From: Gemmatimonadota bacterium
GTDB lineage: Bacteria > 4572-55 > J002
DNA length: 48,309 bases
Direction: 5' to 3'
NCBI GenBank assembly: GCA_003697105.1
Contig: RFFQ01000057.1
Coordinates: forward strand, 1-48,309
The notes under the pieces were generated by a model. The model did no database searches. It saw nothing but the letters and a program-made list of their open reading frames with translations, and had not been told where the DNA came from. The translations under genes and the position numbers were made by a program. Below are positions 38,183 through 46,100 of this stretch, piece after piece. Each line of letters starts with the position of its first letter. The stretch's first letter is position 1.

Positions 38183-41100
38183 GTGATAAAACGATTGTCT
38201 CTGATTTTGCTACTCATCTTGCTGGAGATTCCCGCTGTTGTTTTTTCGCAAACCGTCCTCGATCTAACCACACAAACCTATCAGGTCATCACAGATTCCA
38301 CCACGATTCAACTGCCCCATCCCTTTATTTTGCCTCAGAGTGACTCCGTTTGGGTGGATTACCGCCCTCAACAGCGCGGACGAGATTATCAGATAGATTA
38401 CAATCTGGGACGGGTGACCTTGTTATTTGCGTCACTTGATTCAGTAACCGTGCAAGTGCGGTATCGCCGGTTTCCATTTTCGTTACCGCCGGTATCTTAC
38501 CTCCATTTGCCGGTGCGGGTGGCGGACATTCAAGATACGGTTGATTTTAGTGATATTTTTGCTTCGCCACCCGTGCCCGCTCGTCCGTATCGATCTGCAC
38601 TGGCAGATGCGCCATTACAGGTGGGAGGTAGCAAAACGATAGGGCTTCAACTGGGATCAAACCGCGATATGACATTAGAACAGTCCTTGCGGGTTAATGT
38701 GTTTGGTGAGATTACGGATGGTATCACCGTGCGAGCGCTGTTGTCGGATCAAAATACGCCGCTCCAACCGGAAGGTACCACCGAAAACCTCTCCGAGTTG
38801 GATAAAGTGTTGATCGAAATCGAAGGAACCCATTTTTTAGCCACGTTAGGCGATTATGATCTGCGGTTCCACGAAACTGAATTTGCAACCGTTAGCCGAA
38901 CGTTACAAGGGGTTAAGGGTGACCTTCATGTTACAGACCATGCCCTAACCGTTGCCGCTGCTGTTTCCGATGGGCAATTTCGGACACAAGAATTTCGCGG
39001 ATCGGCAGGAAAACAAGGACCCTACCCGTTGTACGGCGAACATGGCGAACGAGGCATCGTCGTGCTGGGTGGCAGTGAGTCGGTTTGGTTAGATGGCGAA
39101 TTGTTAAAACGGGGGGAAAGCCATGATTATATTATCGATTACAGTACCGGTGAAATCACGTTTATGCCGCGCCGCCTCATTACCGGTGAATCACGCTTGA
39201 TTGTCGATTTTGAGTACACCACCCGCCAATATCCGAAAAGTCTATATGCGGCGACGACAACCAACCGCTTCTGGGACGGTAAACTTCAGCTCAATATGAC
39301 CTTCCTCCATGAAGGAGACGATAAAAATCATCCCGTGGAGACCGATTTTACCGATGCTCAACAACGCATACTTGAACAGGCAGGTGACCACCCGGATTCC
39401 GCTTGGGCGGAGGGTTGGGAATTTGCCGGCACGAATGAAGGCGATTATATCCGTGAGGGCGACCAGTTTGTGTGGGCGGGACGGGATTCGGGGGATTATG
39501 ATGTCCGGTTCACGCGTGTGGCAGATGGCACGGGAACATACATTTATGCCGGTGGAGACCGTGGGTTTGCGTATGTGGGAGAGGGCTTAGGGAATTACAT
39601 CCCCTACCTGATCTTACCCTTACCGGAACGCCACCAACTGGGAGATGTGCGGCTACAACTTCGTCCGCTGGATTATGTGACGGTGCAGAGTGAAATCGCC
39701 TTGAGTAATCGTGACCGGAATACCTTTTCTCCGAAAGATGATCACGATAATACCGGTGTTGCTACGTTTCAATCGATCCGGTTTCAGCCCGTATCAGACC
39801 GGTGGGGTACTTTGGATGTTCGGGGTTCGTTTCACTCCGTTAGCTCCCAGTTTTATGCCCTTGGGCGTACCAATGAGGTGGAATTCAACCGCAATTGGGG
39901 TGCAGAGATCACCCAACAGTCACAAGAAAGCCGGCTAGAACTGAATGCCAGCTACCAACCTCACCCGCTTTGGCGATTCCGCGGGTTTTATGGGTCGATG
40001 GAACGTGGATCAAATTTTTCTTCCCGCCGGGAAGAAGGGCGGTTGCAATTTTCGCCGAAACGTTTCCCGGCGTTGATGGTGGCTTACCGGCGTGTCAAGA
40101 CCGCGCAGGATAGCCTCCGGTTTTGGCGCACTTACCAACAGATACGCACCGGTTTGGAGCGTTGGCAACTGCAACCGTCGTTCTCCGTCGTGCGAGAGCA
40201 AAATCGATTAACTTGGGGGGACCAACTTCGCTCGGATAGTCTCTACACCACCATCGGGGGTGAGTTGGCGTGGGTAGAAGGGCGTTACCTTACTGCATCT
40301 GGATCGATTACCTACCGCACTGATGAACGGTATGATGCGGGGCAGTCGCAGTGGCAAGAGACCGCAACCTCATCCTTGCACCACTATAAATTGAATTTAC
40401 AGAATTGGCACCGTTTCAATGCCACGATGGAATATCAGCATTACCGCAAGGATGGAATGGCGGATAGCGGCACGAACCAGCGGGCAGATGCCGGTGAGTT
40501 ACAGGTACAATACCAAGCGTGGCGCCGGGCACTACGAACAAACCTGTTGTATTCGGTATTGAGTTCTGAGACACAACTTCGCCAAGAAGTTTACACCGAT
40601 GTGGGCGAACATCAAGGAAATTACAGCTATGACCCGCTAACCAGCGATTATTACCCTGACCCGGATGGGCGGTATGTGCGGGAAGTTATTCTCAGCCAAA
40701 ATAGTACTCCAACCACCGAATTGAAGATGAGCCTGCTCGTAGAAGCCAATCCGGCGTCTTACTTTCGTCACCTAAGTTCGGATTCGCTCTCTGAAGGGAA
40801 ATTGTCGCGGATGCTACGCCACCTTAAAGCCATCACGGAATTTCGGATAGAACAGCAGACTCACCGGAGCGATCTAGCCGGCTTAATATTGGACCCACGC
40901 TTTTTTGAACCGGACGATCACACCATTCGGGGCATCTTTTTTTTCCGCCAACAGATGGATATCTTGCCAAATCCATCCGAATGGCGATTGCAATTACGGT
41001 ACGAAATGACAGATCGGGCATTCAATGATACGGAGAATAATCCACGCACGCAGGAAGAGTGGCGCGTGATGATGCGGGCACTCTCGGATTATTGGCAACC

Positions 41101-41593
41101 ATTTGCTTTAGAAGGGCGTTGGGAACATGAATACGATCAGGAAGTTAGTGCCCTTCGGGGCGTCACTCGGGAAGTTCGCGCCAATGAGTGGGTGGGTGCG
41201 GCGACATATACGCCGGCAGACCGGTGGGAGATCGCCCTCCGCAATGAGTGGCAACAGAGCCGTGCCAAAAGTTTAGTTGTAACAGGGTTGGCGGCGTACA
41301 CCGTGCGACGGATCTCGGTTATTCCCACCTTAACTGTGGAATTTACCCGGTCACACCAACGTGCGGGGCGCATTTTGGTGGAACTAAATGTCACGCAACT
41401 TTCTGCCAATAAGGATGATGTGCCTCTATCTATTCTACGGCAGCACCGGTTGGGTACCAATTGGGGGTGGCGGTGGGATGGGCGGTATAACTTTAATGCC
41501 TATATCACGGGAGTCCTTAATTATTCCGGGCGGGTTCGCCCTGGGGAAGCCGTCTATCACTTGGGGCAGATGGAAATTCAAGCCTTTTTTTAA
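38183..41593 (+). CDS. Very large putative outer-membrane protein (Bacteroidota-type conserved hypothetical)
   Basis: GAGGAG then GTG 38183; signal peptide; LSDQNTPLQPEGTTENLSELDKVLIEI; two DYxIDYxxGxIT motifs; many amphipathic strands; terminal Phe beta-signal. Confidence 0.75.
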   Translation: MIKRLSLILLLILLEIPAVVFSQTVLDLTTQTYQVITDSTTIQLPHPFILPQSDSVWVDYRPQQRGRDYQIDYNLGRVTLLFASLDSVTVQVRYRRFPFSLPPVSYLHLPVRVADIQDTVDFSDIFASPPVPARPYRSALADAPLQVGGSKTIGLQLGSNRDMTLEQSLRVNVFGEITDGITVRALLSDQNTPLQPEGTTENLSELDKVLIEIEGTHFLATLGDYDLRFHETEFATVSRTLQGVKGDLHVTDHALTVAAAVSDGQFRTQEFRGSAGKQGPYPLYGEHGERGIVVLGGSESVWLDGELLKRGESHDYIIDYSTGEITFMPRRLITGESRLIVDFEYTTRQYPKSLYAATTTNRFWDGKLQLNMTFLHEGDDKNHPVETDFTDAQQRILEQAGDHPDSAWAEGWEFAGTNEGDYIREGDQFVWAGRDSGDYDVRFTRVADGTGTYIYAGGDRGFAYVGEGLGNYIPYLILPLPERHQLGDVRLQLRPLDYVTVQSEIALSNRDRNTFSPKDDHDNTGVATFQSIRFQPVSDRWGTLDVRGSFHSVSSQFYALGRTNEVEFNRNWGAEITQQSQESRLELNASYQPHPLWRFRGFYGSMERGSNFSSRREEGRLQFSPKRFPALMVAYRRVKTAQDSLRFWRTYQQIRTGLERWQLQPSFSVVREQNRLTWGDQLRSDSLYTTIGGELAWVEGRYLTASGSITYRTDERYDAGQSQWQETATSSLHHYKLNLQNWHRFNATMEYQHYRKDGMADSGTNQRADAGELQVQYQAWRRALRTNLLYSVLSSETQLRQEVYTDVGEHQGNYSYDPLTSDYYPDPDGRYVREVILSQNSTPTTELKMSLLVEANPASYFRHLSSDSLSEGKLSRMLRHLKAITEFRIEQQTHRSDLAGLILDPRFFEPDDHTIRGIFFFRQQMDILPNPSEWRLQLRYEMTDRAFNDTENNPRTQEEWRVMMRALSDYWQPFALEGRWEHEYDQEVSALRGVTREVRANEWVGAATYTPADRWEIALRNEWQQSRAKSLVVTGLAAYTVRRISVIPTLTVEFTRSHQRAGRILVELNVTQLSANKDDVPLSILRQHRLGTNWGWRWDGRYNFNAYITGVLNYSGRVRPGEAVYHLGQMEIQAFF

Positions 41594-41601
41594 GGCCTTG
41601 A

Positions 41602-42692
41602 CTATAGTTTGACGTGAAATCGCCTTATCCCTTTCTATATCAACTAGTTACGTTTATTATTTTAATCCGATACTATGCAAGTTACTGATAAAATGGCTCT
41701 TATCACCACCGAAGTTCCTGGGTAATCTGTTTCACCGCGGTTCGGAAGCTAATCTTCTGTTTCGACTGAACCCGAAAAAGAGCAACCACCCACCCGGCAA
41801 GGGCAATACAATAGAGATGCGATTTGATGGTATTGACACGCCGATAAGACCGTTTATCCAGCATCAGATATTGCTTGTAATATTTGAAGTGCATCTCGAT
41901 GTCCCATCGTTGGCGATACTTTTTATCGACCCGAACTGCGTTATAGAAGAGTGTATTGCAAAGCAAGGCATCATATGCCCATTTTCCATTTTTTAGGCGT
42001 CGCTTTCGAAAGACCAACACCACCTTCCCATACTTGCGATGGGTCACGATATATCGTTGATAGCCCCGGTGTCCATCCAGTTCATGCCAGTGGCGCTCTT
42101 TGATGATTTCAATGATTTCCCGGGGCTTCAGATACTGCGCTTCAAATTCAAATTTGAGCGTATTTCCGGCTTTGGTGATGATTCGCAATCCGGCAGTATT
42201 CGCGGAGAGAATTACGTGTTCTTTGGCATACGCCGCATCAAAGAGAATCTCAACATCATTCAAATCATAGCCGTGTTGTTGACAATCGAGCGCCAGTTGG
42301 TCGATGAAATCATGAAGCATCTTGTTTTTTGAACGATAGTCCGGATGCGTTTCCGGCAGCCAGAGCATGATCGCCGGCGGAAAGATGTAGTCGCCTGATC
42401 GGACAAGGATCATCACATAGTTGTAACCCATCAGATACCGGTCATGGCAATGATCAAAGAGCTTGTGCAGAAACGCTATGTGACTGCCGAACTTTTCGTC
42501 TTTGGTATCATCTGCCAATAACTGAATCTGATTCCGACTTCGATCCGTCTCATTCATGGTTGAGAAGGCTTGGAGCAACTCGAAAAACAACTTTCGGCTC
42601 AGGAGTTCTGTCAATCGGGCAAAGCAGTCCGGATAACGGTATAAAATTTGGTAGAGACGGGGCAGGTCTTTCCCATGAGTGTGAGCGTATCT
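41602..42692 (-). mobile_element. IS701-like insertion sequence remnant (5' part missing)
   Basis: DDE transposase plus ~100 nt of downstream tail. The candidate end near 41602 (minus strand ...CGTCAAACTATAG) is tentative; no matching left end was found. Confidence 0.6.
41703..42692 (-). pseudogene. DDE transposase (IS701/IS4 superfamily), N-terminally truncated
   Basis: LLADDT, ILFDAAY, YRQRWDIEMHFKYYKQ (Y-x2-R-x3-E-x6-K). The frame extends upstream of TTG 42614 (YAHTHGKDLPRLYQILYRYPDCFAR) to a stop at 42693-42695, with no ATG or RBS. Confidence 0.8.
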
Positions 42693-42917
42693 TCATCTAA
42701 AATAATATGCATAATGGGTTTAAACTAAACGAGTTACCCCTACTTGGGTATAAACTTTAGGAATTTTTTGTAACTTGAACTCCGATAACCGATTGAAATT
42801 ATTTAAGTTGTTGTCACTACCTAACAATGTCTGAACAACGTCCAAAGAATACTTACTTTTTTATTGAAAAGCGGCAAGTATCCGGTATAACCAGCGGTTT
42901 GTGTAACCCACAACGGC

Positions 42918-43130
42918 TTACTGATTCTGTGATAGCCGCCATTGCCGAATCCATTCTTGAATATCATCGAATCCAGCACCATCAAACGGTTCAACAAGAT
43001 CAAAACGAGGGTGAAAATTACCCCGATGACGAATCAAGAATTGTATATCGCGTATATCAATAATACCGTCACAATTGATATCGTAGGAACAAGTAGGAAT
43101 CGTCTCGATCCAATTGGGGTAGGTAAATAC
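42918..43130 (-). other. In-frame 70-codon continuation of the giant CDS beyond TGA (PKD end + dockerin-like domain)
   Basis: Translates as VFTYPNWIETIPTCSYDINCDGIIDIRDIQFLIRHRGNFHPRFDLVEPFDGAGFDDIQEWIRQWRLSQNQ-TAA(42918-42920). Confidence 0.8.
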
Positions 43131-46100
43131 TCAATCCCGATCACCATCCGAAAGAGTTAATGTTACGGTAAAGGTATCCACCTCGGCGTATGTATGAATA
43201 GGATACTGATCGTCAGAGGTTTGTCCGTCACCAAAATCCCATACCCGGCTGATAATCTCAACGATACTTTCGGCATCGTCTGCAAATTCCACAGTCAAGG
43301 GAGCATAACCGTAGTTCACACTCGCTTCTGTTCGATCCCGAATCCACACAATCTCCATCTGAACTTCGATCACAACTTCCTCCTCTTCGGGGTCATTGGA
43401 AGACAGCCGCAAATTTGTAGTGTAAAGCCCTTCCGGAAGCGGATCATCCTCGAAAAGATTGAGTTCGATGATCAGATATTCATAATCACCGGGCATAATG
43501 ACCCCACCTTCCGGGTAAAATAGCAGCCAATCGGAATCCCGTAAACGTCCTGAACGAGACCATGAACTCGCCTGCGTTTGTTCATGAATATCCCAATACA
43601 ATGGAACCGCGCCATCATTGGCAAGTTCGATTTCCAGAACATCACTCTCGTACGCCAGCAACTGCCGATAAATCCGCAGCGAATCCAACCTGATTACCAA
43701 ATCTGCCGGTGGAACCACAACATCCAGGGGCACGGTCAGTGACCCGTTGTCGGGATCATTGGAGGTAATCTCCACCATAAATGAATAATCACCCGGTGCT
43801 ACTTCTTCCGGGTCATTCACACCAAGTATCAGATATACGTCTTCTTGATTGAATTCGTTTTCATCATAACGGGGTTCAACCCTACCGGAGGTGGGATCAA
43901 TCTCAATCCACCACGGCTCAGCGACATCCGCCTGACTCTCCCATTCCAACTCCAAAGTGCCTCGATTTTCGATTTCGAGGATAAATTCAACCTCGCCATC
44001 CATCGGGTAATACATCTCCAACTCTGGCGGATTCACAGCAATATCCGGCTGGGGGGCATGAACAATGATCGCATCCTCACGAATAAGGCTATCTTGTTCG
44101 ATCCCATTCGCAATCGCCAACTTCACGGCGTAAGAACATGCTTCTTCACAGGATTCATCATATTCGTACACGTAGGTGGGAGCACGATTTTCCGAATCAA
44201 TGACACCATCATTATCAAAATCCCACGCATAGCGGCTGACCGGTGGATAACCCTCCGATTGGTCGACAAACGAGACGGTCAAACTCTCGATGCCCTCCTG
44301 AACATCAACCTCAAACTGTGGTTGCAATGGTTGAAAATCCTGAAAATAGAGACTACCAGCCTGCCGACGCTGAAAGGACTCATCGGCAGCGACTGCCGTT
44401 AGGATAAATTGATATTCGCCACCCTGCGAAAAGTCATACGCCAATGTGTAGAGACCGTCATCGTCTGAATCCAAAAGCGATAACACTTCGATGACATTAT
44501 CAGGACGAAGCAGTTCCAACGATATTGTGGCATTGAGAAGTGGCAAGCCACCCTCCGTAAATTGAGCGGTAAGTTCCATTTCGCCAGTAGGATAGGTGTC
44601 GTTGCTTAAATTGGTCGTCAATTCCAGTCCACCGCGACTGGTGAAACTCAGAATATAGGGATCATCCCCGTAGAGTTCATCAACCGAAATGTCGATCTGC
44701 CAGATGCCTGTAAGTGGATTTTCGACGGTATAGGCAACCATCGTAGAATTTTCTTCAGGAAAAATGATGATCGTGGAGTCTTCCGGCGGTGTGACACTCA
44801 TAGTAAGACGATTATGCGGATTGCGCCACATCAACGTAAATGTTGCTTGGGTTAAAAAGTCTTCCACATACACCTCGTGAGCGTACGTGGTATCCTCCTG
44901 AAAAACATCCTCAATTCGTTCGTTTTCCTCACCGAGAGACAGGTTTACATCCTGCGTATAGAATGCATCTTGCAATAGCGCCACATCCAAAACACCTCTG
45001 CGTTCCGGGATATGGGCATGATTGCCGCCGGTGCCACTGGCGATTGCCGACATACGACCGGTTTGAGCGCCTGAGCCAATGGAAAAGGCGTGAATCGGCA
45101 ACGGTGATTCGCCCTCTCCATCGCGTAGCAACCGGATGATTTCGGGTAATTCCCGGTATTCTTCCGATGGCGGTTCTTCGTTGGGTAACGCGCGACCGCT
45201 TTCTTCCAGCGGCGGCGGCATTTGTCCGCCAAAATAGTCGGCAATGACCTCGCTAATTACCGGAGAAGCCGCATTATTCTGACCATCCGTCATCAGGAAA
45301 AATGCCTTGCGCCCATAATCCGGTTGATTCAGCGCCGCATAACCGGTTAGCAGACCCAAACCAATATTGGTCGATCCAATGGGATTACTTAGCCCATTTA
45401 CTGCATTAATAGCGGCTTCTCGGTCTGCCTCGGAATTCAGCCGACGGGAAAAAATCTGCTCTCCGGCATCGGTAAACGTAACAATCGCCACCGCTTCCCC
45501 TAAGCGACGACGGCTGAGACTCTGCGTTACGGCTTGTTTGAGTTTTTCCCAGCGTTGATGTTCGCTCATAGAACCCGATTTATCCAGAATGTAACAGACT
45601 GCCGGAACATCACCTGACGGCGGCGGGGGCGGTGGAGGCGGATAATCCGGATCGCATTCGTTGGGTACACCATCACCATCACGATCATTGCGGAACAATT
45701 GGCACTCATCCGGGATGTCATCGCCCTGACAGTCGGTAACACCGTGCTCGATGATCTCCTCACGGTCGGGGAGGCGGTTATCGTTACAGTCCGTAAAGGG
45801 ACGGATAACATGGCTGATAATATCGTTATCGTCCACAAGTCCATCGCCGTTGGTATCGAAAACGGGTCCAAACGTCCAGGTGTATTCTTCGCCGGGGGTG
45901 AGCGGCACTGCCGGCAGCCAATTCATGCCGGTGATGTTGCCCTCATCATCATAAATCCATTCGATAGTACCTGGAATCTCATTCCCCTCGCTGTCCGTAC
46001 AGACGGCGCTGTTGATGATAGAATTTTGGGTGGCAGTATCTGCCGGATCAATGACAAAGCCGCCAAAATCGACCCCCAGAGAATCGTCCGGGGCAAAGTT

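Noticed and set aside
42704-42731. dif/Xer site (AATATGCATAA-TGGGTT-TAAACTAAACG) at the IS truncation point
   Set aside because: The left arm is XerC-like, but the right arm resembles TTATGTTAAAT only with a 5-nt spacer and 4 mismatches.
42827-43160. Small ORFs 42827-43063 (+), 42942-43160 (+) and 42821-43003 (-)
   Set aside because: They overlap the minus-strand dockerin-like continuation, which explains the region better, and show no motifs.
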